A stretch of 63,504 bases of DNA, filler included, from Reticulomyxa filosa (taxonomy: Eukaryota; Protista; Foraminifera): the NCBI GenBank assembly GCA_000512085.1. It is 21 parts of 21 records of this genome, joined end to end, with 100 filler letters (N's around TTAATTAATTAA, not from the genome) between each part and the next. Parts side by side here need not be neighbours in the genome. Positions count along the whole stretch, not along the records: positions 10,186 to 11,584 come from ASPP01047997.1; positions 11,685 to 12,836 come from ASPP01019845.1; positions 12,937 to 14,251 come from ASPP01023866.1; positions 14,352 to 17,822 come from ASPP01025910.1; positions 17,923 to 19,103 come from ASPP01005217.1; positions 19,204 to 23,224 come from ASPP01018113.1; positions 23,325 to 26,358 come from ASPP01008703.1; 14 more parts are not named here. One strand, written 5' to 3'. This document shows positions 11,078 to 23,453 of the stretch, piece after piece. The notes under the pieces were generated by a model. The model had not been told where the DNA came from. It was given only the letters and a program-made list of their open reading frames with translations, and made no database searches. How positions within the stretch are numbered: the stretch's first letter is position 1; the number at the start of each line of letters is the position of its first letter. The position numbers and the translations under genes were made by a program.

Positions 11078-11684
11078 ACTACCTAACTCTTTTTTTTTAT
11101 TTGCAAGTGGAGTAAAAACTTTTATTGTAATTTTAACTCTTTTTTGAGGCAGTTGATAAAGTTTTGTTATTGACAAAGAGCAAAAGTGATGAAAAGATAA
11201 AATAATATACAAATATTTGAAAAACATCATAATCATATCTATGTTAAATGAATTGTCCTTATGGTAAATCAAACAATTTTATTACTTTTATTTATCACTC
11301 AAACACGAATTAAATCGTCAGTTGTTTTTTTTTTCTTTTTCAAAGATACAAATTTAAGACATGTTATTTCAGCATTTCCTTCAATCACATACAATCCCCA
11401 AATAATAAAATAAAATATGTCATTCATTATTGAATTTGAACTTTAAAGATAAAATAGATTGATCAAATTATTTTCAAATACAAAAGTAATATATAAAATT
11501 CCAGATGATCTTAATTTTAGTTGTTCATCTTTATTATCCATTGACTTTAACATTGCTTCATTTTGTTGTTGCATAATTTTACTANNNNNNNNNNNNNNNN
11601 NNNNNNNNNNNNNNNNNNNNNNNNNNNNTTAATTAATTAANNNNNNNNNNNNNNNNNNNNNNNNNNNNNNNNNNNNNNNNNNNN

Positions 11685-12056
11685 ATTTTCACCGTTTGCG
11701 CTGCTGTCTTTCGCGGATATGGTTGCTTCACCCAATTCTGTGTGCATTTTTTTCATCCTAACATTAACATTAACAATGACAGTCATATTACTCATCATCA
11801 CAGCAATAACAACAGCGGCGAATTCTCTCGAAGATGCAGCAAGAGCTATTCTCGTCAAAGCAGTAGACTCACTGCCCTGGTCAACGGCTTCTTAAGCAAC
11901 GTCGACGGCCCTGTCAACCCTTTCACCAATTCTCAAGAACACAAGGCGGATGAAAAATATAGCCAATCACATGATACGACAGGCACATCACATCAATTTC
12001 TTTTTACTCACACCCCCCTTTTTTTCTTTTTAATTTGCACAGTTGCAATCTATTAA
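11685..12056 (+). CDS. Possible 3' exon of an uncharacterised protein
   Basis: Open frame from the contig start (IFTVCAAVFRGYGCF...) with higher GC than its flanks. No motif recognised. Confidence 0.3.
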   Translation: MFTVCAAVFRGYGCFTQFCVHFFHPNININNDSHITHHHSNNNSGEFSRRCSKSYSRQSSRLTALVNGFLSNVDGPVNPFTNSQEHKADEKYSQSHDTTGTSHQFLFTHTPLFFFLICTVAIY

Positions 12057-13334
12057 AAAAAAATTGAGAATATACTTTGGGCCGAGGTCAAATTGGCTAA
12101 AAGAACAACGTTTTTCAAGTGTCAATTAAGTAAATCTTTTGTCTTTGAAATTCAGTTGAAATTTGCTCTTTTAAAAATTGCGCAGAAACAGAAATTTGAA
12201 AAACTTTCGAAGTCGCTTTTTTTTCTGGAACAAAAATTTTTTATGTTCAATCACCTTGCTTGTGCTATATTTTTAAAATCGGAAATTGGAATTACAAAAA
12301 AAAATCCTCGATGAATATTTGAAAAATTAGGTTTCCACAGGACACAAATATCGTTAATTTTTTTATTTGCGCCGTGACAACTTATAAAGATTTTTGTTCC
12401 ACACGCTTCGTTAGAAACTTTATATTAAAATTTAAGAATGTCTCAAATAAATCAAACATTGCCCGGACCACGCCAATAAATGATAAATTATATTTGATGT
12501 TAGATGTTATTTACCATCATAAATTCATTACAACATAATGACTTTTATGGAAATTAGAGTAAAGAAGAAAAGTAAATGGAAAAATATTTTTATTGTGCTT
12601 TTAATACAAGGTCAAAACGTAATAAATGCGGAATATGAAAAATTATTAGATCCAAATCCTTTAAACTTGCATTGCTTATAGACATCAATAGAAATTATAT
12701 ATGTGCCTTGGCTTATGGATGAATGTTTGATCATGATTGAATTTGTTTGTGCATATTCCAAGACACGATATGGTGATAAAATTTTTTTTATTTGAATTCA
12801 TTTTATTTTTTCTTTGCTTGTTTACTATTTTGCTCGNNNNNNNNNNNNNNNNNNNNNNNNNNNNNNNNNNNNNNNNNNNNTTAATTAATTAANNNNNNNN
12901 NNNNNNNNNNNNNNNNNNNNNNNNNNNNNNNNNNNNCCCCCATCACCAAAAAAAAAAAAAAAACTTCAAAATACGTTACTTAAAATAAACTAGAAAATAT
13001 TGTCTATATCATTCAAATTTTATTCTTGGAAAGACATCCAAATTATGTACATTATATCAGATTTTTTTCAAATAAAATAAAAATAAATGAGTGGAAATTA
13101 TTCGCAAGCAATTACAAGATTCAAACTTATTTAGGTTTCTTTCTTTTTTAAATACCTTTTTTTTACACTTTAACTCCAATTTTTTCAAATCAATCACTAT
13201 TTGTTTAGTTTGTTTTTTTGTTTACTTGTGTTTATAGATTGGTTGAAGATCAAAAGAAGAATTGATTCATATTTCTTTTTTTTAAAATAAAAAAAACGAT
13301 GTTGTTCTGAACGTTGAGTATTTTAAAAATGAAT

Positions 13335-13850
13335 GTGTGGTGAATATGGTGTGGAGGTGAGGTGATTGTGATGTAGTGGAGCTAATATGGGGGCAATTTG
13401 GTTTTGGTGAATGTTGGGTGTGGTAAAGGAGTTGTTGTGGTGTTATTGTGAATGTGATGATGTGATAAAGGTGGGGGGTATGATGAAGGTGTGTTATGAA
13501 GGTTGGGTGTGGTTGTGGTGAAGTATGGTGGAGATAGGCTGTTGGTGTTTTGTGACGAGGTGAAGGTTTGGCGCGATTGAGATGAGGGTATTGTGAAGGT
13601 GATAGTGAGATTAAGATAGGTGTGTTGAAAGTGGCATGTGATGAATGTGATGTTGTGAAGGTGTGGGTATAGTGTATGATGGTAATGTGGAGGCGGTGTG
13701 GTGCAGGTAAGATGATAGTGATATGGTGTGGTGATTTGTGCTGTGGTGAAGGTTGGATGTAATGAAGATGGTGATATTGTGAAAATGGTGGTGTGGTTAA
13801 TGTGGAGGTGAGGTGTAGATGTGGTGAATTTTGGGCGTGGTGGAGGTGGC
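13335..13850. repeat. Degenerate G/T-rich low-complexity repeat (TGTGG/GTGAA/GAGGT-like units)
   Basis: About 500 bp almost free of C on the + strand, with recurrent gtgtggtg and gtgaagg units. Confidence 0.8.
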
Positions 13851-13859
13851 AGGACTGTA

Positions 13860-14251
13860 TGTTGTACTATATACTTTAAGAGTCATTGTCAACGCCCGTT
13901 GTTGCGTTGTATTTAGTTTCCTTAGATGGAATTTCCCAATAACATCGTACTAAAACCAAATTCTATTATATGTCTTATAATTGACATGTAATATTTTATT
14001 TGTATGCTATGATTCAGTCCTCCACCTAGGACAAGTAAATGGCTTTGTGATATGGCCGTATTTGCCTTATAAACTCGGTCATCCACATGCTTTTCCATGA
14101 TAATGTAACGGAATTAAATATGATTCCAAATATTTGATAGTATTGTTTGTATTTTGTATTTGTAAAGGATTTTCTCGTATCGATAGTTCATTATTTATTT
14201 TTTTCCTATTTGATGCTATTACACTTTTATATTATTTATGTAAAGTTTCAA
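13860..14251 (-). mobile_element. Non-LTR retrotransposon (LINE-like) reverse transcriptase C-terminal remnant, decayed
   Basis: Across frameshifts the reverse strand reads TIKYL/GIIF...LSWK..HVDDRVYKAN...IKYYMSIIRHIIEFG...LRKLNTTQQRAL. This matches the KYLG / LxWxxH / YxxxIRPxLEY / LxxxQxxA thumb region of LINE RTs. Confidence 0.72.
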
Positions 14252-14748
14252 NNNNNNNNNNNNNNNNNNNNNNNNNNNNNNNNNNNNNNNNNNNNTTAAT
14301 TAATTAANNNNNNNNNNNNNNNNNNNNNNNNNNNNNNNNNNNNNNNNNNNNAAAAGTGTCACGCCAAGGAATTTGAAAATTTCATCATATTGTTTCTTCA
14401 AATGGAAGAACAAGTCATTTAGTTTGGTTGTCTCAATTTTAATTCACACAGACTCAAAGAGCAATATCAAAGTTTGAAACAATCACCACTATTTTAAGGT
14501 TTACTATTTGAAGTTCAACATTTCTTATCAATTTTGGTAGTATTGTGCTTGCTTTGCTTTACCTGCAAGTACGGCTTCCGAATGTAAAATGATTCAACAA
14601 ATCTATAATCACTCGAAAACAATCATTTTTCTTTAATTTCAATATTCTATTTTTAAAGTTGTCGAATGGTCGCTGTTACTAAGTCACAAAAAAAAAAGTG
14701 TGATACATGAAATTATAGTTAAGGTAGTGTGGCAAGACCAATATATAC

Positions 14749-14778
14749 TTTTTAACTACCTCAATGGGTAGTTAAAAA
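14749..14778. repeat. 12-bp inverted repeat, 6-nt loop
   Basis: TTTTTAACTACC-TCAATG-GGTAGTTAAAAA. Confidence 0.8.
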
Positions 14779-16850
14779 TCAAGGTTATGTGCTTAGTGCT
14801 GATTACCAATAAGCTCCCTTCTCCACCAATGCCGTTTTGGTAGTCAGATAAACACATAATCTTTTTTTATTTTTATTTATTTTAAAAAAAATCAATTGCT
14901 GAATATTTATTGATGTTTTTTTATTAAAAAATATTTTCACAATTTACGATACAACATATCATTATGTTGATATATACAAATTTGAAAAAATTACATTCAC
15001 TGTTCAAATTGGATACTGTATTGAAGCTTTTAACAAAATAAGTTGTGAAAACAGGCAATGCTACTATGTGATTTTGCCCAAGGAAACCACAAGATCAATG
15101 ACAGAAAGTGACAAAAAAAATTTTCTTCACTTACCTGACATGACGATTGCAAACAGACCCCGCCATAAGATATCCCGTTTTCTGTACGGACAAATACATG
15201 ATCATCCAAATTAAAGTTGCTCCGGCAAACAGCAAAAATACAAAGAATGGCCATCGATTTAATGGTTTTTCCATAAACCACTGGCGTCAATCTGTAATTG
15301 TTGATAATATTTATCAATACAAAAACTCATTCTGTCAGTCCTTGTGTAATGTGGGTTGTTAGATTCATTACCTTTACAACCACCAGCCGACAACAAGGAC
15401 TCTTTCTTTCATGATCCTTGGGCTGACTCTTTGTAATCGCTCATGATTCGTAACAAGACAACACAAAAAAGAACAGTTATGAAATAAATACAGATTTAAT
15501 ACGCCATGCTTAATTGTTCTTGTTTGAGTGCCAATAACAACAAATCTTAAATACGGCAAATTATGGGACCAATGACAAACAGTAAAGAAGTCGTTGGTCT
15601 TTTCCCTTTTGTTGACCTACAACTGACCAACTTGTTAAGTGCAGTACTGCAACAAGAATGCCACTCTAGCAGGGCCACCTGTATGAATGCTACTGTACAA
15701 AATGAAAATACTTGATTTTCAGTGTATATATCAACTAAATCAAATTAAAATTTTTATATATTGTAGTTGTATTTAGCGAGGTAACTTTGTCTTATTTGTT
15801 TGGATAAAATTATTAAAAGAGTTTTTCATAGACATCATTTCGTATTTATATGTCTAGTTTTATTTTTATGCTGAGATATGAAACAAATTATTTGTAAAGC
15901 ATTAGATTCAAAAATTTTTGGAAGTAATCAATTGAAGTATAAGACTTTACGTGTGGTCAAGCAAAAATCAAGAAAGCATTTTTTGTTAACATAACAAATC
16001 AATACTTATGATTGGTTATTCGAAATACGTTGTTCAAATTATTGAAGAAAATTATCAGTATGCAGTAAATTAATGTCAAGAACTTAGTCCATTCGGAATA
16101 ACATTCAAAGTTAAAGACTTGTCAAAAAAGAAAATATGTCGTACAATGTCATAAGTCAGCAGCAGTTGGAGGAAGTTGTTCACTTAGTAACACATTGACA
16201 ATGTTTGTTCATATTGAAGTTCAGTACATTGCATTAAGTAATCATTTAAATCTATTTTTTATTGTTGAAATTTTGCAGCGTATTCTGGAAAGTAAAAAAA
16301 AGTACAATAAATCAGACTTGTTTCCGTGTATTGTGGATCCACTTCATACGATTAATTACTTTCAAGTTCATTTTTTGTTTTTTATTAAGAAAAAAAAAAA
16401 CGAGGACAATTTCATTTAAAAAAAACACCAATGCTAAAAAGATTTATTCTTTTTCGGTTTCTTTTTTTTTTTGGTATGTTTTTTCTCCTCGTGTTGACGT
16501 GTTTCGTCTTTTTCCACAGTTAGGTAATTTACAATTCAAATGCACACTAGAAAGAAAATTCTTTAAGTAACAATGAAAATTGCTTGATATCTAAAAAAAA
16601 GTTTTCTTTTGTGCATCTAATACTTTCTGTATTTTAAAAATGTAAAGCTTGTTCATGAAAATCATTTACTGAAACCCGGCTTGATGTTCAAAGTGAAACA
16701 TTGTTATTGCTGTGTCTTCCGACCTTTGTACATTTGAAGCTAGTTTTTTGAGAGAAGATAAAAAAGTTCGTTATTATATAATCATTTTTATTGGTTTTAA
16801 CTTTTGATTGTATTTTTGTTGATTTTTTTGTATGATAATTTCGAGAAAAA

Positions 16851-17822
16851 ATGAAAGAAGTGATAACAATAGAAGTTGGACAAGCGGGAATTCAGCTTGG
16901 AGACGTGTTGTGGGAACAATATTGTGCAGAACACCGTATTGAAAAAATAGGTAGACTAGAGAATCCAACCCCACAAGATGTGCAATTCGAAACATTTTTC
17001 CATCAGAGAACTCATAGTCATTTTGTGCCGAGGCTTATAGCAGTTTTATTTGTTCTCAGACACAAACATAAACGGGTGGATATCACATAACAATTAAAAA
17101 AAAAAAATTACAGATCGACTTAGAACCAAATGTAATTGACGAACTGAAAGTTGGACCATTTGCAAAGATGTATGAATATGCATATTTATTATCTGGAAAT
17201 GAAGATGCAGCAAATAATTTTGCACGAGGACGTCACTCAATTGGAAAACAAATGATTGACAAGGTGAATGACACTTTACGAAAAGTTGCGGACAGCTGCT
17301 ACAATCCAATGGGATTTATGATTGTTCATAGTGTTGGAGGAGGGACAGGTTCTGGCTTGGGTTCATTAATCTTAGAACAACTTGCAGCAGATTATAGAAA
17401 AAAATCGAGGATAGGATTGGAGATCTACCCATCACCAAGCTTATCCACTTGCGTGGTTGAGCCTTACAATGCATTGTTGGCGACAGATTACTTGGTGGAA
17501 CATACTGATATATCATTGGTATTGGATAATGAGGCCATTTATGGCATTTGTCAAAACAAACTGCATATCGCAAAACCGGATGTATGTAATTTGAATCGTT
17601 TGATTTCAAAAGTGGTATCTTCAATGACATCATCTTTGCGATTCCAGGGAGAATTAAATGCAGATCTTGGTGAATTTCAAATCAATTTGGTTCCATTCCC
17701 AAGATTGCATTTCATGACAACGGGAATGAGCCCAATTACATCTAAAATGGATATAAGCAATGCACATAATCATGTACAAAGTATCACGGATGAGTGCTTG
17801 ATGCCCACCAATTGGTTGGTGC
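16851..17822 (+). CDS. Divergent alpha-tubulin (partial); exons 16851-17042 and 17114-17822
   Basis: MKEVITIEVGQAGIQLG..WEQYCAEH, IDLEP, EDAANNFARG, HSVGGGTGSG, VVEPYN, EFQINLVPFPRLHF. GT-AG intron 17043-17113 keeps the frame. Confidence 0.95.
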
Positions 17823-18388
17823 NNNNNNNNNNNNNNNNNNNNNNNNNNNNNNNNNNNNNNNNNNNNTTAATTAATTAANNNNNNNNNNNNNNNNNNNNNN
17901 NNNNNNNNNNNNNNNNNNNNNNTCCAAGACAAGCCAAAGTAGTCATCGCAACAGACCTGAAACAAACAACGATCTTCCCAACAACAATAATAATTCAAAT
18001 CCTTCGAATTATAACAACAATACATTCCAAATGGCTACTCCCACTCCAATGTCCATTTGAGACGTTGTTCTCTGCTTTCACATTTTCTTTTTTCCAACAT
18101 AACTTTATAAAATAATGATTATTACGACAAACACGAACACAAACAAGCTCACAAATTTTTATTAATTGTTTGAGAATAATACTTTTCGACTTTAGCACTA
18201 TGTAGCAAATTGTCATGTTGCAAAGAGTAATTGTTTTTTTTTTCACGACAAAAAAGCGGAAAGACGAACGTCAAAAAAACGGTTGTATTTTTTTTTTAAA
18301 AAACAAAAGCCCCCTTTGTGAAAAAAAATAATTATTTTTGCAATCAATCTTTCTAATTGTGTGATCAAATTTCCAATTTTGCTTAATC

Positions 18389-18945
18389 ATGTCGCGCGGT
18401 GGTGGAGGTAAGTCGTGTTAAGCAAAATAGTGGAATAAATAAAATAAAGGACGTGTTTGTGTGCTCTAAGGTTATGATCAACATATAACAATTTTTTCAC
18501 CTGATGGCAAGCTGTATCAAATTGGTAAGTGTATGTATCCAAAGCAAAGAAGGAGTGAAACGTATCAAACAAAAGATGAAGAAAGAGAGAAGGGGGGGAG
18601 GGAGGAATTTGAACATGTCCTTAAAAAAAAAAAAAAAAAAAGTAAACGGGTATTGATGAAATGTAAACAGAATATGCATTCAAAGCGATTCGATTGCCAG
18701 GGGACACAACGATTGGCGTGCGAGGCACAGACACAGTGTGTCTAATAACAACAAAGAAGGTGGAAGATAAGTTGGTGGACGCAAGCAGCGTAACGCGAAT
18801 GTACACAGTCACACCCACCATCGGAGTGGTGGTGACAGGCCGACTGCCGGACGCGCGAGGTTTGGTCTACAAAGCGAGATCCATTGCCGCAGACTTTGAG
18901 TTTGATAATGGATATCCTGTTCCTGTTCGACATTTGTCCAACGAA
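18389..18945 (+). CDS. PSMA6: 20S proteasome subunit alpha-1 (alpha type-6), 5' part; exons 18389-18407, 18471-18524, 18671-18945
   Basis: Spliced translation [66 protein letters not shown]. Confidence 0.92.
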
Positions 18946-19203
18946 GTTCTTTCTCTTCATTTCCCTTTGAAAGAGAAGAAGAAGGATTAGGAACGAGAGA
19001 GAGAGAGAGAGGAAGGAAGAAAGGGGGGGGGAGGGGGGGAGAGGAGGAAAAGGGAAAAAAGGGGAAGGAAAGTTTTTCATGTTAAATAATCTTTTTTTTT
19101 TTTNNNNNNNNNNNNNNNNNNNNNNNNNNNNNNNNNNNNNNNNNNNNTTAATTAATTAANNNNNNNNNNNNNNNNNNNNNNNNNNNNNNNNNNNNNNNNN
19201 NNN

Positions 19204-19237
<34 letters not shown>

Positions 19238-19243
19238 TTTTGA

Positions 19244-19846
19244 TTATATGCCTCTTTGAAAGTGTACTAAACTGACGAACCAACCACACAACAGAATAAA
19301 GCCACAATATTTACAGGCAATTGCTAATAAACATCCCAGCAAAGAAAAAAAATGATGAATAAATATGGCATTGTCTCTTCGTGGTGTTTTGTTGAGTAGA
19401 AATTCGAACACGTAACACCATATCGTATCGTAAATAAAGTAACCTGCCGATATGCTAAATATAAATCTTTGAGTGTCTTCGGTGATTGATTGATAAGCAT
19501 GTGGCAGGCGTTGATATTGACTCGCGCCAGGATAGTAATAAAATGTTATTCCACTCATTATCACCGAATGCATGCATGCAATTACGTGATTTAAACCATA
19601 AAATATATCATATTCTATACGTGCACGCTCTTTCTCATTCTTTGCTTGCCCGTTTTGGGGTGATGTGTTCAAATATGGAAATAAATTGTCCCTTATAACT
19701 GGAAAGAAGGGCTTGCAGAACAGCACCAAAAACAACGTTTGAAAAAATATAAAGGCACCCACAACTGTTGGCAGATACCTTGTCATTTGATGCCATTCAA
19801 AAACATTAAGCTCATCCTCATTTGTGATTAATTGAGATATTCTCAT
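19244..19846 (-). CDS. TLC (TRAM/LAG1/CLN8)-domain membrane protein, 5' part
   Basis: Several TM helices with VIACMHS, SISAGYFIYDT and FIHH motifs typical of the TLCD/TMEM56 family. Confidence 0.8.
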   Translation of the reverse strand: MRISQLITNEDELNVFEWHQMTRYLPTVVGAFIFFQTLFLVLFCKPFFPVIRDNLFPYLNTSPQNGQAKNEKERARIEYDIFYGLNHVIACMHSVIMSGITFYYYPGASQYQRLPHAYQSITEDTQRFIFSISAGYFIYDTIWCYVFEFLLNKTPRRDNAIFIHHFFSLLGCLLAIACKYCGFILLCGWFVSLVHFQRGI

Positions 19847-20501
19847 AGTTTAAATAATTTGAATTGAATTGCTCTGAGGGAATGTATAAAATAATCTTGA
19901 AACGAGAGGAAAAAGTTCTCTTCGAAACACTTAACCAGCCGTCAAAAGTACTTTGAACGAACTAAAAGCAACAAAGGGGATGACAGGTCTATCAATATAC
20001 GCTCTAAAATGTAATATTTTAGAACATCAAGACAAAGCAATGTAATAGCTGTCTAGCTCATTGTTAAGTCAATTGTTTAAAATTTCTTTTGAAAATTTGA
20101 TAAACTAAATTGAACAAATTTTTGTTTTTAAAATATCAGATAATTTAGCGGAAAGTTGCTCATTTATCACTTAAACACACAATAACTTTGAATGATATAA
20201 AAAAACACAATATAAGCACAAGTTAAAAATTATATATTTTTTTAATTATCACAAAAAGGAAAATGTCTGATACATTAGTAGAATAAAAACACAATGCTGA
20301 GGACATCCGTGGTAACAATATTAAAACTAGTAGATAATATAAAACAAATTTAGTGGTAACAGTACTGATTATTTGGACAATGTAACGAAACTTCGAAAAC
20401 GACGCTCTTTTTAAAAAAATGTTTGAGAAAGAAGGGGTTTGAATGATGTGTTTTGAAAGCAGTACAGTTGACTTGTGATCAAGATATGCTATTTGTTTTG
20501 G

Positions 20502-21627
20502 ATGATGTCAGATTCACAGCAGGAATTAGGTCCTAGTTGGAAGTATGCGGTCTGGTTGGGTTTTGTTGGTGGCGTTATTTCGAGCATATGTATTACGTTG
20601 ATGACAATTCATTTATGGTATTATCGATATGAAAGGAAGAAAGGGCAAGGTTCGGTTCCTAAAAAACTGTTATTGGTAACATTGTCGATGTTTCTATCGT
20701 ACTTGACATGTTCCTTGTCTTATGGAGTTTTACGAAGCAATGTGTTATTGCCATTTCTGCACAGTTACGTGAAGGAGCACTATCACTCAACAGCATTTTG
20801 CAGAGCAGTAGACTTTATCGGAGTGATATCTTTATCACTTGGAAAAATGTTTATGTATCAGCACTTCTTATTCCGGCTACATATAGGTAAAAAAAAAAGG
20901 TCAAACAAAACAATGCATTTATTTAACCACCTGACTCTAACCTTACCGTACATATTCATAGACGTATGTATACATATAACAAAAAAAAAAAAAAAAAATA
21001 ATATATATATATCATGTACATGTATTATGTACATGTACATATCTGTCTAAAGCGTTCCGCCACAGCACGTTTGAATACAGTCGCAAGTTGCTATGGTTCA
21101 TGAGCGTGAGCGTGAGCGTGGTGACAGTGGTATTGGCAGGAGTCTTTATGGGAAGTGGATGGGATCGTGTGCTGCATGCAACAGTGACCAGAAGCGGATC
21201 TTTAATGTATTGCACATTTGAGCCGTTTGGAAAAAAGCAGCAATACGTACTGATGCTTGCGTATTTGTTGGACTTTATTGGGGCGTTGACTATTTTATTG
21301 ATGTTCATTATCCGATTGCGAAAAGTATTCAACTAGCGAACTAATTAAATAAATAAATACATATATATGTATATATGTATTTATTTATTTAATTACTTTG
21401 AATTTATAACAAATCCAAACTCAATGCAATTATAAAACGGGAATAATTATACATATATATATATATATATATATATGTATAATAATGATAAACAGTTGGT
21501 CCAGATCGAAAAGGCAATGCACAGAAACAAAAAGAGGCCCTGGCAAAGCTCTAAAAGTGAGAGTATACTGACAAGACTGACTAGTGTTTATAGTCGACGA
21601 GGAAGAAGAGGCCGTGATGAGGGTGAT

Positions 21628-21659
<32 letters not shown>

Positions 21660-22043
21660 TGACGATGATGTCGATGATGATGATGAAGATGGAAGAAAAG
21701 CGCAAAAGATCGATCCGGACATCTTGCACAAGTTGCTGGAGGAGCGTCGTCGACAAAGAGAAAAAGAAGGCATGTCGATACAGGACACTGGCAAAAAAAG
21801 CATGCCAATGCTGTCGGCGGAAGACGTGGAAGAGGGAAGCAAAGTGATTCGCGAGAAGCCATTGCTCACCTCGACGAAAGTCCATAGTCACGAAATGAGC
21901 GTACCCATGCGGCCATTATCCTCTTTGCATGCAGTCGCTAGTGACGTTCTGCCGGCCTTGTCTAATCCTAGTAGTCAGGTGGATTTGGAATTGACACAAG
22001 TCCAGCATAATTGGCACGGCAATAAAAGCAATGATATTTTGCA

Positions 22044-22074
<31 letters not shown>

Positions 22075-23224
22075 GTAAATATAAATTGTACTCCTTTTTT
22101 TTAAAAAAAAAGAAAAATTATAGACAAATGAAAAGCGTAGAAGAGGAGGCGGACGACAACGAAGTGATCGAACACAAAACAACAAGTGACTTTATTCGTG
22201 TCCCTTCGTTGGGAACGGAACTGCAATATAGCGTTCCCTCCGCGTCGGGAAGCATCAACCCGAGCATGCGACAGACAGGTACGCATAATTTTTCAGAGGG
22301 ATATGCCGTTCACCACTCACTGCCGTCTGTCCCTTTCATTCATACCAAAGTCGCCAGTTTGGAGCGGGTGAAAACGCAATCGGAATGGGACGTCACTCCT
22401 GTGGATAATGACGATGATGCCCGTGGTACTGGCAATGTTGGTAAGATTGAAATAAAAAGGAAAGAGGAAGAAAGGGAAGAGAAACAAAAAGAAAAAGAAA
22501 AAGAAAAAGAAGTCAGCACAAATAAAAGCATAAATCTGAATGACGACCCAAGTCGAACAAAGGGGCAGTCATGGAGGAGTTGGAAAAGTTCAAGATCAGC
22601 ATCCACTTCACATTCGTTCTCCGGCATACATGGCCATGGCCTGCATTCGAAATTTTCTCCCAATAAGTATTTTTATGTCCAGCTTCGTCAAGTCATTCGA
22701 AAGCAGTCCATCCTTGTTGGCTTTTGTCTCATTTCCAGCGCAGTGGTGTTTGTGGTAGCCGGCGTGGCTCAAGAATTCGGACAAGCGGTGCCTTTGGACA
22801 ATTTGGTTCACTGTTTGTGTGTATGGCTTATGTTTCGCTTTGCTCAAAACCTTTGCGATCGTTGTTGTGTATACACTTGCAATTGCTTGCATTCCTCGCT
22901 CTCCTGTGTTCTCCACTCTCCGCAAAGACTTATTTCTTTTTCTTCTTCTTCTTCTTTTTGTTCCCTTTGCCATTGTTCTTGTCCTTTGCCCTGCTGTCGT
23001 CCTGTCGTCGGATCAACTGCAGGTTTGGATGTGAGCAGTGGACTGCGCAATAAAACGCTGGTCGTTCGGTTTGTCGACCCCGATGTGAGCAAGAGAAACA
23101 CACACGACCACGATGACCACAGCGGCAGATGGGACAAGCTTGCCGTTATATCGGCCGTTGATCCCACCACATCGTCGGGTTTGCACAGTCGATTGGTCCA
23201 AGTCTCAAAGGAGGAGGAGGAGGA
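20502..23224 (+). CDS. Orphan seven-transmembrane (GPCR-like) protein; exons ~20502-20886, 21053-21324, 21496-22044, 22113->23224
   Basis: The spliced product has 5 hydrophobic helices, a long charged loop, 2 more helices and a Cys-rich tail. Cys at the start of TM3 and in ECL2. The GT-AG introns preserve frame. Confidence 0.7.
21342..21395. repeat. Intronic near-perfect palindrome (26-bp arms, 2-nt spacer)
   Basis: TAATTAAATAAATAAATACATATATA-TG-TATATATGTATTTATTTATTTAATTA. Confidence 0.9.
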
Positions 23225-23324
23225 NNNNNNNNNNNNNNNNNNNNNNNNNNNNNNNNNNNNNNNNNNNNTTAATTAATTAANNNNNNNNNNNNNNNNNNNN
23301 NNNNNNNNNNNNNNNNNNNNNNNN

Positions 23325-23365
<41 letters not shown>

Positions 23366-23453
23366 TAATAATAATAACATATAATAATTTATTATTTATT
23401 TATTATATGTTATTAGTATTATTACAATCGTTATATAACATACACACACAACA

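Noticed and set aside
15030-15700. Possible decayed membrane-protein gene (minus strand MEKPLNRWPFFVFLLFAGATLIW...)
   Set aside because: Too short and fragmented to assign. A resemblance to OST3/6 could not be supported.
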